The notes: generated by a model not told the origin, from the sequence alone. A stretch of DNA of 63,437 nt, filler included, from Bigelowiella natans CCMP2755 (GCA_000320545.1; 5 parts of 5 records of this genome joined end to end with filler, not necessarily neighbours in it); one strand, 5' to 3'; positions 10,812-25,002 are shown, numbered from the whole stretch's first letter. A program made the numbers and translations.

Positions 10812-11438
10812 AGTAGTAGCAGTAGTAGTACCAAGTTGACCCCCTTTGAGACGCACAAGTTGAACACTTCCTGCAACCACAGCGTTTATAGTAGTTAGGT
10901 AGGTAGGAAGTACAATGACCAGCGGAATCCTCATCGCCCAATGGTAACGACGACGAATGACAGAGTGTAAATCATGATGATGCAACCATTATACTCGTCA
11001 CTGCTGCTTTGCATCATAGCACTTATTCTCAAACAACACTACGAGCGCAGCCTTCTATCAAGAATTCTCTTTTTCCCATTCCGACCCCTCCCCCACCTTT
11101 GCCCCAGCCTCATGCTCCTTCTGATCCTACTACTCACTATCGTCGTCGTATACTGATTTGGTGTTCTGATGACATCGCATAGCACTTCTACTTACTTACT
11201 TACTCACTAACTTGCTTACTACCTGAAGCTCCGTGTCCATAGATACATCGTACCCCCAAATCAGCTGATTTCCCCATGCCCATGTTCCTATCCCCATCGG
11301 AGACACGTCTAACTTACCGATCCTGTAAACAGAGGGGACGGACGACAGTGACAGCGAGATATGATGACTATCGGTAAGGACAGGTAAGGACAACAAGTTT
11401 ATAAAATCTTATTCTCATTAATCTCTCACATACTGTGA

Positions 11439-11476
<38 letters not shown>

Positions 11477-12020
11477 GTTCTGAGGTTGTTCCTCTATCTG
11501 TTGTGCAAGCACATTTCTTACTTGCCATCATTATCGTTATCAACGGTGTAACTCTCTTCCATTCCTCCTCCTCCTCCTCCTCCTCCTCCTCCTCCTCCTT
11601 CGTTATTCTCACCACCTGTTATTTGTCGGAGTACTTCCCCAGACCGCCGCTGTTGAACAAACCGTCAAAGAATGCTGACATATCACTACGTGCAGCTTCG
11701 ACCCCTGTACTAGTTGGAACTGTTGTGGTGGCGGAGGATGCCCCCCCCTTAAGCGACGGAAGTAGGATGGGCCCTCCCTCCCTTATTATACCCATGCGTG
11801 TATTTATGTTCCTTACAGAAGGTAGTATAGGCTTCTGTAAGCATTGTGGATGATGATGCTGAATGCTCGCTAACAATGGGGCAAAAAGTGTTATTATTGC
11901 GCAAGAAAACACTGCCACAATCAGCAGCAGCACCGAGTAGAGACGAGAGGAGAACACCATCTCACGGCTTTTGCTATTGGCAATAGCCCTGTAGGCAGGG
12001 GATCTCCACTGCAGCATCAT
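9658..12020 (-). CDS. Plastid-targeted aldo-keto reductase, pyridoxal reductase (PLR1)-like; 3' part lost in the gap
   Basis: Exons give VSPMGIGTWAWGNQLIWGY, EVFNLCVSKGVNLFDTGDSYGTG, LLGRFI...VATKLASYPWR, VTSGQFVSAAEAS, matching the plant chloroplast PLR1-type AKR pattern. N-terminal hydrophobic signal plus transit-like leader. Confidence 0.82.
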
Positions 12021-12423
12021 TGCTATACCCGGTGCTATACTTGAGGAAGATGAGGACGGCCTTGTTGCTATCTAACCGGAGAGATGGGGTAGTAGTAGCG
12101 GAATTGAATGATCTCAACGACGCTCTCACGAAGGCACGTCGACGTCGTCTGCAGCAGCTGCTATGGCTGTTGATCGTCCTGGATTTAGGAAAATTATTAC
12201 GCTTAAAATATCGAAAAGTGACAACGGAAATATATTTTCAAAAACATATGGAACGCTTGCCATTCTGCACGTGCGACTTCGATAAAATGAACGTACGCTT
12301 GCTAATTTTGGGCCTTCCAATCCGGACAGACCTTTGAGCCGCCGCCCGCCCGCGCGCCCCCATAGGGAGAACTGCTGAGATTCTGGAAGCTTTTTCCACG
12401 GAGGAGTATTACGCAGGGTGGAA

Positions 12424-13835
<1,412 letters not shown>

Positions 13836-14738
13836 GGAGGAAGAATAGAATAAACAAGTATAAGATATGGAACATCATATCATAGCAGCTCTCTCTGTCA
13901 CTGGCTAAGCTAGCAGTTTTATAATATATGGACAGTCGCAATTAAAAAGGGGAAGGACGTGGGTAGAAGCATGCCAGTGCACACGTCGAATACCAACAAC
14001 GCCGTGCATGCACCACACTAGCACACGCATCGGTTGCACCTCCTAGCCTTCATCTTGCATTACCTGCACTCTGGCCTGTGAGTTGTTATGTGTCTCCAAA
14101 ATGCACAACAAACTGGATCCTGGCGGTGCAGCGCTTGCATGATGCACAATAACGAGCACGTAATCGCATGCAGATGTAATGCAGGACGATGCGCCTCCTT
14201 GCCATAATGGGCATTGTGTGCACAGCATGTGTTGCAAATTGCATGCAATGGCATCACAGATGTGGTGCTGGCGGCTGGAAATATGCCTTCACGGCTACAT
14301 AGCATGCCAACATGCCCATATCTAGATATGTACATGCAATCGTTATACTTATTACGCATCACTAAATAAAAACACGAAATGTGTAAAGTGTACAGAAATG
14401 TACATGCAATACCGCCTATTAAACAAATAGGCACGACCCCAGCGCTGTATCGTAGCCAGGTCTGCAAAGGTACATTGGGATTGCGCATTGAAAAATGCTG
14501 CATCATCAATCATGCGTTGTTAGTGCAATAACACATGTAGCCTAACTGTAGCATCCAAGCAGCAGCGTAACTCGCAGACTGCATAGCTACGCAATGCCAC
14601 GGTAAGGCAAATCATTACTTAGTCTATTTATCATGTGAAGTGACGTGTCCAAGCGCATTCACAATTCGTAAGAAGCATACTGTCACACCTTCACCACTTT
14701 ATTTTCTGGGCACCTGCTCTCACTAAAATAAGCGGCTG

Positions 14739-16235
14739 CTACCGATGTTTCTTCTTGAGGTGTCTCCTTTTCACTTTTTTCTTAATTTTTTCTTTTCTCT
14801 TTTCTCTATTGGCCTCTTTAACGGCCTTCTTGTGTGCTTTCCGTGCTTCTTTACTGGCGATTTTTCCAACAAAGCCAAACTGAGTTTGCCCATCTCCTCC
14901 CCCCCTTCCTCTCTTTTGTTCATCGCTCTCATCATCATCATCATCACCCTCATTATTAAAGTCTTCCTCCCCCACAAAGTGTTCATCTTCATTATCCCTC
15001 ATCTGAAGTCATTGATTATAAGAATGAGCAGCAGAAGCAGCAACAGTAGCATCCAACAACACGATAAAGAGGTAGGCAGCAGGTGAGAAATAGTCCCTCC
15101 TCCTCCTCTTCTTCTTCTTCTTTTTCTACGTGAACATACAAAATACCTGATTGTGGTCTGACGTAGAATCGTCTCCCCCTTCCCTATCATCCCTGTCAGT
15201 TCCTCCTCCTTTACCGGCACTATCATCATCATCATCAGCAGCAGCATTTTCTCGTATATTTTTGACATTCTGATTTTCGTGGCTTTCCCCCTCATCTGGA
15301 TGCTTCTGCTTATGATCATTCCCAACAATATTGTTTTCTTTCTGGTCCTTCCTATCATGCGAGTCATCACCATCCCTACTACGCTTGGTGGTTTTTTGAC
15401 GATGAGTTGCTTTGGCAGAGCTATATCCCTTTTGATCATCAGCAGCAGCATCATCACGATCTTCCACGTCGTTCATGTCGATGCTGCCGTGATCATTGTC
15501 ATCATCATCCTCCTCTTCTTCTTCTTCTTCTTCTTCAACACTAGGTGCATGTATCGCCAGTTTGCGCAGACCTTCCTCGAAGTTGGAAAATGACCTACCG
15601 TTGAGAAGGAGTGTGGGGAAGGGGGGGGGGGGACCGCAAGAGAAAAACTATGGGCTTGCAAGCTAGAAATTACACAAGTATTTTGGTTGTATTCTAAGCA
15701 GAAATTCTGCTACGATATGCATTATCAACTGCATCAACACGATTTTTTTTTTTTACCAATTCCCCCCCCCCCCCCCCCCCCAACCTTGCCCCTACTACTA
15801 CTACTAGTAGTAGTAGTAGTAGTAGTAGCAGTAGTAGTAGTAGTAGTAGTAGTAGCAGTACATACTAGCAATAAGAACAACAGTACCCTGAGTTCTTGCT
15901 TCGTATTGCAGAGATATGCCGCTCAATATCCTCTATCCCATGCAAAGATCGAGGAGCTTCTGTGGCCTTGAAAACCTCCTCCTCGATTGAGCGCTGTGCG
16001 TCTGTGAGATTGGGAGAGAAAGGAGGAGGAGGAGAGAAGAAGAAGAAGAAGAAGAAGAAGAAGAACATCGACGAAAATTGTTATTCCTATTGACGTAGTA
16101 GCCGCAGCACCCTGACCCCACAAGCGCAAAGGAACCTAGAACTAAGATGCTGTTGTACGCAAACACTACTACTATTGGCATCTCACATCCTACGTCAATC
16201 AATCGCAAGCAGCAGCTAGTGATGGATAGATGGTG

Positions 16236-16268
<33 letters not shown>

Positions 16269-17290
16269 CCCACCTTGTGTAACAGAGGACTGAATGTGCT
16301 GCCGACGCTCAATGGCTTCTTGGACACGTGAAAGGTATCCATCTATTCCCTGCAAATGTTATTCAATATATAAAATATATAGTAGTAATTCTTCTTCTTC
16401 TTCTTCTTCTTCTTCTTCTTCTTCTTCTTCTGCTTCTTCTTTCTCATATTTTCTTCTGTGTTTTAAGAGTGGTGATAAATCGTATCAGTCAACCCCTTTT
16501 CCGAGCTTTTGATTTACTATGAAGTCGTACAACTCCCTCAGCGTCATGACACCAACCTGCGATGGAAATAACATCAAGTATCGATATAAGCTAAGGAATG
16601 GGGTCAATCACGTAGATACGTCCAAAACAAAGAGATGGAAGGAGAGGCCGATGAAACATGATCCGAATACTGCTACGACGAATGAATGCTTCATGGTGGT
16701 GCTACTAATTTAACGTAGATGGATGATCGATCCTTGGTCCAAACAATGGTGATGTTAGTAGTAGTAGAAGTAGCAGTAGTTGAATGGTGTTCAAATGATC
16801 TATAAATCGGCAATAGATGAAGAAGACGGCTGATCATATTTCTTCTTATTTTTATTATTCTTTCTTCTTCTCCTTCGTCTTGTCTCTCTCAGTATGCATT
16901 CTTTCTTCTTCTTCTTCGTCTTGTCTCTCTCTCAGTATGCATGTGTAGCGGTCTAAACAACCCCCTTCTGCTTGAAAAAGAGATTGATGTTTTCAATGTC
17001 TTTCTTCAGGAAAGCTGAGCACGCAAAGGGTGGTGGACATTAGGGAGGAGTCATATGAGAAGATGTTACGATGGAAGTGGTAGTGGTGGTGGTGGTGGTG
17101 CGCGACTCAGGTACTAGTGGTGAGGAGGCTGCTGCTGGTGGTTGTGTAGTCATTTGTATTATTAAATGTATTATCACCTAGAGCGTTGGGATGATCGTGC
17201 TCTACGGATTGAGACACGTCGATGATATAAACCTATCATTATTATGCAGCAGAGTACAATAATGCATTCATCAAGGTAATCGTCACGGCC

Positions 17291-17330
<40 letters not shown>

Positions 17331-17402
17331 CGAGGAGGAGGAGGAGGAGGAGGAGGAGGTGTATGTTCGAAAAGACAATAATGGCTGGAAGGAGTTGTGC
17401 TG

Positions 17403-17440
<38 letters not shown>

Positions 17441-17564
17441 CGTAGTCGTCGTGATGATGATGATGTAGTACTTACGATATCGTCTTGGTATAAGATGTTA
17501 TATTCACTGAGGTCAGCATGTACCAGCTTGCACACCTAACAAGAATAAAGAAGAAGAAGAAGAA

Positions 17565-17599
<35 letters not shown>

Positions 17600-17894
17600 G
17601 GAGAAGAAGGAGGAAAAGGAAGGTAATATAAGATTTGATAATATTATAATGTTGTTTTGAGGTGAGGAGGAGGAGAGGATTAGCCTCTCATTATCATATA
17701 TTATGCCTCCTTCTAAATTCAATGCGGTGGTGACATGATAATATGTGTGTGGTAGATAGTAGCTGCAGCAGTAACATGATCGTCGTGATCGTCATCATCG
17801 TCCTTTCTTCTTCGTTTACTATACTACCTGGTACATGGTACGCATATGCTTCACGCATTGCACGTAGCAATCTTGGTATCTGTTGTTGTTGTCG

Positions 17895-17965
<71 letters not shown>

Positions 17966-18678
17966 GTAGATATAGGAAGTGTTACAATGTACGAATCTTT
18001 GCCCTCTCCACCACCACCATTTATCGTGGTTACTCACTACCCTTTTTCTGATAGTTTGGTGTTCTTTAGACGGGGAGCTGGCCATCCGCTACAATGCATA
18101 TACAAGCAGTCATAGCAGTAGTAGTGGTAGTAGTGCAGTTAGCAACAACGTGTATCCTTAACAGACATGTAAACACTCTACTCACACATCAATGCACGTA
18201 TATATCGTTACACCACTCCTTCGTTTCTTTCCACTCACAAATATTATCTTAGCGATGAACCACCGAATAATGCCCACAGCCAACACGACTCTATGTTCAA
18301 TTCGTAGAAAGCTACTATCACGCTATTTGTAGCTGCTGTTAAAATCATCTTACTCCTTCCCGATGAAGCTCATCAACAGAACGTGCATTCGAAGTTGGAT
18401 GGGGTCAGGGCAAGGAATCCCTGCCATCTTTAGCCGTTTCAAGTTTCTCATTTCCTTCTCTGCCCACAACTTCACCATCTGGGAGGAGGGGAAAGAAAGA
18501 AGAGAAAGAACATGTTGTTAGCCCAGCAAACAAGGAGCTTGCTTAAGAGAACGAGAGTTTATATCCCTAAGAGATATGTTGTTGTTGTTGTTGTTGTTGT
18601 GGCTTCAAGACCACCTTTCTTGGGTTACTCTTGCAGTAACCGTTGCGAAAACGGTGTTCTCCCGTTACATATCTGTCT
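14739..18678 (-). CDS. RIO1: RIO1 atypical Ser/Thr kinase (5' part lies in or beyond the gap)
   Basis: Spliced motifs [79 protein letters not shown]. Basic C-terminal tail [22 protein letters not shown]. Confidence 0.93.
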
Positions 18679-18942
18679 CTGTAGAAGAGGAAGAAGAACA
18701 AGAAGGAGAAGAAATAGAAGAAGAAGAATAAATATACTCTAATGATTTGCCATATTGAAGGAGGAATAAAATATATCCATCGAGGATCTTCTATCTTCTT
18801 CCTCTTCCTCTTCTTCTACGTGCTTTTGGCAGAGTCTAAACGATCGGAGATAGTAGTAGTATATCTCGGATCTCATTCATTCCTACTCCTCTTTCCCCCT
18901 CATCCTCCTCCCATTTCGCATCGACGACAAACCCCCCCCCCC

Positions 18943-19042
18943 NNNNNNNNNNNNNNNNNNNNNNNNNNNNNNNNNNNNNNNNNNNNTTAATTAATTAANN
19001 NNNNNNNNNNNNNNNNNNNNNNNNNNNNNNNNNNNNNNNNNN
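18943..19042. other. Scaffold gap
   Basis: N run with TTAATTAATTAA spacer; truncates RIO1 and PDI. Confidence 0.98.
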
Positions 19043-19149
19043 AGAGTAGTGTGGTGGTGGTGGTGGTGGAGGGGGAGGGGGGGGAGGAGAGAGAGAGAAT
19101 AACTCTGCCGTCCATGCATGGCATAATTGGTGCTTTGGAGTGGCTATTC

Positions 19150-20787
19150 GTTGAAAAAGTCGCTCTTACGCAGAAATGAATCGGAGGAACTGCCGATGCT
19201 CTGTGCTATCATGAAAGAACAGTAGCCCGCACTCGGTCTCCGCCACCTTTTGTTCGCATCACCGGTGGTGGCCATCAAGTCAGTCAAGAAGCGTGAAAGT
19301 GCACCGTGAGCACCACAAGTGCGTGCGATCGCTCTTAGCTCCCATTCATATTATACATTTCCATGTGTAAGAGACCGATATGGCACGCGAGTGCGGCTTT
19401 AATCTCTTCTTCTTATGCTTCCTCCTACGCGCCACACGCTGCTGCGCGCGCGCGCGCGGCTTGGTACCCGCTTCTGGTAGTTTCTCCGAGTCAGCTCCAT
19501 AGTGATCTCGCGTGGTGGGGACCAGCTCGACCCTCCATAATACTGCCGTGTTGGGAAAATGTGCAAAAGAGTACAGGTAATAAGCTACAACGCCATTCAT
19601 CATATCTCTCATGAGGTAAGATCAGAAAGGTGTTTTTCTTTTCTTTCGGGGTGTCCCCATTTCTGCGTGTGCTTCTCCTCTCCTCCCCCCAGCCTACCTT
19701 GAGCGACATGAGCATTTGCTCCGCTTTCCGCGCGCCATTGTAATCGTACGCCTTCTGGTCTCGGAAGATCTTGAGAGTTGGATATCTGGACAAATGCACA
19801 AGGGTAACTTGGAAATTGAACCAAAATTGGCTGAAACCGCCATTCTATGCTTCTGTTATTGCAACTGACTCACCCTTGGACCCCGTAGTTTTCGCATGTT
19901 TTCTGGTGTCTCGTGCAGTCGATCTGATGTGAAAGTTGGCAAAAAGTTACTCAAAACCCAGCTCCTTGTTCCGTCGCGTCGAGATGGGAAGGGAGGACGA
20001 AACGTGGAGCTCAAATCCTCTCTTGGTAGTCAGGCCCTGCCATCACGCACCTTGGCCAGCTTCACATTTGGGTGCGACTGGGATATGCGGTCTGCTGTTT
20101 CCTGTCATCATCATTGTTGAAGGCATTAGGATTCAGGAGACCCATAACTGCTCGGGAGTGGCAGTGACCCCGATAATATATACAGTGCTGCGGCACTTGC
20201 TACTGTTTCTACCTCGAATTCGGGAGCGAGCTCCTTGCAGTGGCCGCACCACGGAGCGAAGAATTCCAGCATGACGACGTCGTTATCTTGGATGGCTGAT
20301 GCCGATAGGGGCGGGGGGGTCGAGGGGGTTGGGAAAGTGAGCCGGCCGCCAACAACAACACATAACAGCATCATAACACAATAACTGTCGAATATGCCCA
20401 GCAGATAGGACAAAATATGCGGTAGCGATAATGATGGTGGTGGAATTATGATTAAAACGAGCAGACGCCAGCAACAGCAATGATGATACAGCTGGCTGCA
20501 CTGTGCGCGCAGATGAAGGCAAGATTTCCCCACTTACTTGCCGCGATGGATTCTCCTGTGAGTTCGATGACTTCGCTCCCTAATACCTGAAGGGGGCACG
20601 CGGCGAAAGAACGGTGAAGAACAGGGCTGAGTCAGCAGATACGTCGCACATCCAAATCTGGAAGGCGAGCGCCAACTGACGCCAGCAGAGGACATTTGGG
20701 CTTCAAAACCTGAGGCAGACAAGTGAAGAGGGCAACGCCTACGATAGCCAGGAGCCCTGGCCCGGCGTATCCTCCCTGCCTCGCCAT
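19150..20787 (-). CDS. Protein disulfide-isomerase family protein (3' end runs into the gap)
   Basis: Signal peptide MARQGG...[15 protein letters not shown] spliced to [12 protein letters not shown]...[21 protein letters not shown], then VKLAK-IDCT...[13 protein letters not shown]...YDYNGARKA. Confidence 0.88.
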
Positions 20788-21027
20788 TCCAGCAGGAACG
20801 GGGGGGATCGGGGGACGGCGTGCGGACGCAGAGAAATCGTCCAGTAACTGCTCTTCGCGACAACGAGATGTCCCGTGAAGAAAAAGAAACGCTCGTTACG
20901 AGTACGAGAAATAGCGCTATAAATAACCCGAATTTGTCTTGTCGCAGCATGTCAAAGGCCTGCGTCGCATGAGAAACGGGTTTCGTCGGCTCGGCTACCG
21001 GTACGTCCCCCACATCCCCATCAGCAC

Positions 21028-21259
21028 ATGTCCTGCTGACAGCCCAAGGCTGGCCAAGAGCCTGGGCCTACTGCGAAACCGAACAATCGCACGAGCACCG
21101 ATGCCGCTACTACTGCTGTTGAGGCTATATCGAAGCTCTTCAAAGATAACAAGGTTTGTCTTGTGTCTTGTGTGTTGTGTGTGTGTGTGTGTGTGTGAGT
21201 GTGTGTGTGTGTGTGTGTGAGTAATCAAGCACGAAGATTGATAGTGACCGCATTTCTGA

Positions 21260-21290
<31 letters not shown>

Positions 21291-21935
21291 TGTGTGTTTG
21301 CCATGTTTAAAAAGGTCGTCATCTTTCACTATGCTGGGTGACATTTGTGTTTGAGCGTCGTGAGGATATTTAAAGAATCCAAGGTAGAAAGTGATGATGA
21401 TGACGAGGATGACGATGGTTACGATGATAATAATTATAGTAATAATGACAATGGTGATGATGATGATGATGATGAAGATGATGATGAATGACAACGATGA
21501 GGGTGATAATAATGAGAATAATGATGCTGGTGATGATATTGATGAAAATAATAATGTTGCGATGATAATGCCGAGGATGATGAGCTAGAGGTCGTCGACG
21601 ACTGCAATGGTGTTCTAAGTATTATTTTTGCGTGAATAGATGGATTTCGCACATTTGGCGCTGGACACACATTTTTCGAAGAAGGATGACCAAAAGGCTG
21701 CTGAAGCATACATTGTCAAGCTTTGTGGAGGAAAGCCGGATATTCTTGGCGGTTATGCTTCCTCTAACATTACCCACAGCGCACACAAGACAACAAACAC
21801 GTCACACAGACACATACACATATACATAATGCAAACAAACACAAATTCTGAACATGCACGCATATATGATAACAACAGCATTTATTTTATCATTGCATAG
21901 CACACTATACTTTCCATTACCCATACACACACACA

Positions 21936-21980
<45 letters not shown>

Positions 21981-22407
21981 CGACACAGATTCGCACGTAA
22001 GCACACAATCACATGTGAAATAACAGGATATTTTGGGACTCTGCTCCCATGTGTCTGCGTTGATGGTAAACCTGTGAAATCGGAAGGCGTTGGAAAAGGA
22101 GATAGCCTTCATTTCTATCTGCAGGGTACATTTATCGTACAAGATATTCTGAAAATAACACTCATCGCGCACATTTGTAGCATGCAAGTGGAGTGCCAAT
22201 GACCATGCAGAACACATGGGTCATCATCGAAATGCATATGTCAACATGATGATGTGACACACGTGCAATCATCACAACCCGTTTGTTATCATCCAAACAG
22301 CTGCAATCTCGCCGCCCTTCGACATGAACGATGAAAAGGGCATTGTTGGTTGCAAGCCACTCGATGAAAGGATCAAAAGCTTGGCAAAGATGGTTTCAAA
22401 ACTCTAA
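21028..22407 (+). CDS. Glutaredoxin-like putative selenoprotein, 170 aa, two in-frame UGA codons, C-terminal SKL
   Basis: Five exons 21028-21153, 21315-21383, 21640-21751, 22027-22125, 22301-22407, all GT-AG and phase-compatible (513 nt). Grx-like motifs KLFKDNKVVIFHYAG-U-HLC and TLLPCVCVDGK. TGA at 21037-39 and 21339-41. Confidence 0.78.
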
Positions 22408-22460
22408 GAGTGACGCTATTAGATTTGTCTGAGGTACTTGTGAATGAACGTTCTTTGTGA

Positions 22461-22542
22461 TGCACAGCACCTGCAGTTGTTCATGTGAGCGTGTTGCAAA
22501 TAGGGGCGACAGTGTGGGCAACACTGATGTCCTTTGTTGTGC
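22461..22542 (+). promoter_or_regulatory. Candidate SECIS-like stem-loop in the 3' UTR
   Basis: GTGA (22485-88), stem GTGTTGC (22491-97), AAA (22498-500), GCAACAC (22518-24), TGAT (22525-28). A lower helix GCACAGCA / TGTTGTGC is possible. The core-to-AAA spacing is shorter than canonical. Confidence 0.42.
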
Positions 22543-23574
22543 TTTACAGAAATGAGCTCACACCGGATGAGCGCATATGTGCATCTCCAATGATTGAACC
22601 GAGGCAAAAGCATCTTGAAATACCTTCAGCGTTTCAGGTTTCTGTCCATGACAACAAGCTCTGATGAATATGTAGAAGTCTGGTTGTCTTTCTACAATGT
22701 CACAACATGCAATTAACATGCACATGCAATCATCCAATGTTAGATCACACAATGTGGTGCATGCACAGCAATGAAGCATGTCGTTTGATGACAAGATGTG
22801 AAATGACAAATCGGCCAATCACAGCAAGCGGCACGCTAGCACGCCGCGACATATCTGCATTTGAGCACTGCGCATTTTTTGGATTTCTATCTTGTTGTAT
22901 TAGTCTCCATCCATTGCATGCCACTTATTGCTGCTGATGTGCGGCTACCTAGCAGAGCTGTTTTTGTGCGCCATGTCATTAGAGGCGGCTGACACGATAT
23001 CTAGCGATCGCAGCTCGTGGCTGCACGCTACTAGCAGCTGCGTGCGTTGGCAGAAGAATGCAAGAAGTGAACAGCGGTACGTACAGACAAATGCATGGAC
23101 GTCTTCGCTTTGCGGTTGCTCTGCTAACTGCTAGTGCGATGAGCGCGCTGCACTCGCTCCGCTTGCACACCTAGCTGCTTGAGGAATCGAAGTGGTTTGA
23201 CAACCGTGGTCCCAGCTAGCCAGGCTAACAGGTCACGTTGGTGACGACGTGCAGGTGGCGGTCTAGCTAGAGGTAGTGCGCACTCCTGGACTCGGTTGTT
23301 CTGCGCGCCTTGGGCGAGTTCCCACGGCCTTCATCATGCATGTCAGCGCAAGATGAAGCGGCGCCGCAAATGACGCGCATGCTAGCATGTCGTGCTGGGA
23401 GCTTTGTGGGTTATCACACATACTAGCATGGCATCGTGAGCTGAGTGAACCGCGATGCATTCCGGTGAGAACATCATGATGACCATGACCCGAATGATCA
23501 TAAAACGCATTCACAAAACGTAACACAGCATCACCGAGGCGTGGAGCGCTCAAAGAATTTTGGGTTCATTCATT

Positions 23575-24485
23575 TCACTTCCCGCTAGCACTAGCTCCGC
23601 CCGCTTCAACCTGCAAGATTCCAACGCAGAATTTTTCCAGCATGCGATGGACGTTCACCCAAGGATGGTACTTTTCATGTTGCACACAGATAAAGGAAAT
23701 CATCACGGATTGTGTTTTGTAAAGCATGAAAAACATGGATTCACAGGTTTAATGTACCGCAGTGAAGAGGTTTGATGCGTCCTTTCCGGCTCCGCGCATC
23801 AGTTGGGGTTGGCCACCGGGATGGAACGGTAAGTATGTCGTTACATCATAAACCTATTTTTTGGTTTCGTGACACAAGGCATAAGAGTTAACTTTGACGA
23901 CATTCAAATATGTTTTTTTCCTTTGGCTATCATTACCCGCCCTTGGATGACCATCCACGCGTCATTCTTCTTGTTGTGCTCGGCTACTTCTTCCTTCGAT
24001 ATTTTTCGCATCTTTGGAGCCTGTAAAATTATGCGTCCGCACGCATGCAAGCATTCATTACACGGGAGGGCAAGAGTATGATGAGAAGCGTTGACGCTTA
24101 CCGGTGTCGCGTTGGACAACTTCATCCAGTCCAATTGGCTGTGCCCTGCGGGTCAGTAACTCGGAAGTAAATTATGCTGAAATTTCTCACCAATTTACTT
24201 GGAACTGTGAAAGTGGGGTGCACCTGGCTCTAAGGGGACCTTTTTCCCGCGCTGGACTCTTTTAGGCGCTGCAATGAGAAAGGTGCCCTTCACCTTCGCC
24301 TCCTTCTTCACAGGAGGGGGTGGCATCGAATCTCCAGACTTGGCATCTTTCGACTTTGTACTTGTTGCCCCAGATTCGCCACTTTGCGTCCCCCCAGCAC
24401 ACTCGCCAGGCTTTTCCGAACTGGAGCAGGTGGGCTCGACGTCGCCGGGCTGACCAGATGGGGGCGCGGTGACGTTCACGATCAT
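23575..24485 (-). CDS. Cytochrome b5-domain protein (NCB5OR-type b5 domain); start uncertain
   Basis: Spliced KVPLEPGHSQLDW...[37 protein letters not shown]...GAGKDASNLF...YHPWVN...FCVGIL. Both heme-ligand His residues are present. Confidence 0.85.
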
Positions 24486-25002
24486 CAACTTCCTGCCAGG
24501 TCTACCCAATGATACCACTGAAGGCACCGCACTATCCGAGTCGAGTCTTGAGAAAAAGCCACCGCCCCAATTGGGAACTCGATATTTCCGTTGAGAATAA
24601 CACCCGCGAGCACGAGAGGGGGCGAGGCAGGGGTTCTCCCGGAAGCGAGGCAGCGTCTTTCTGAAGACTTCAATTCCCCAAGAATTAGGATATATCTCGG
24701 AAAAAATATTTCCCAAAAATGCATTCCTAACGTCCTTCCGTTCCCGAGAACAGATATCAAATACACCGGCTAAACATCTGAACGTGGAGCATGCTCTGTT
24801 AGCGCGATCGGTCCCTGGTCATTCATTGCTGTCGCTGAGGCTCAGAAAGTTGTGCGGGAAATTACTGTAATTTTTGATCTTGTGATACACAGGACATTTC
24901 CCGATAGAATGATCGGGAATGCCCGTTAAATTGACGAAAACCGCCTTGATCGGCTAAACTTCGTAGACGGTCCTTAGCATAGTGCTACCCTCCCGCCCCC
25001 CT

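Noticed and set aside
16860-16945. Tandem duplication of about 30 bp (CTTCGTCTTGTCTCTCTCAGTATGCAT) in a RIO1 intron
   Set aside because: Consistent with ordinary slippage next to microsatellites; no spacer structure, not CRISPR-like.
20534-21013. 159-aa minus-strand ORF with a TM-like segment upstream of PDI
   Set aside because: It is out of frame with the PDI signal-peptide exon (ATG 20787) and overlaps the divergent promoter. No motif supports it as a separate gene.
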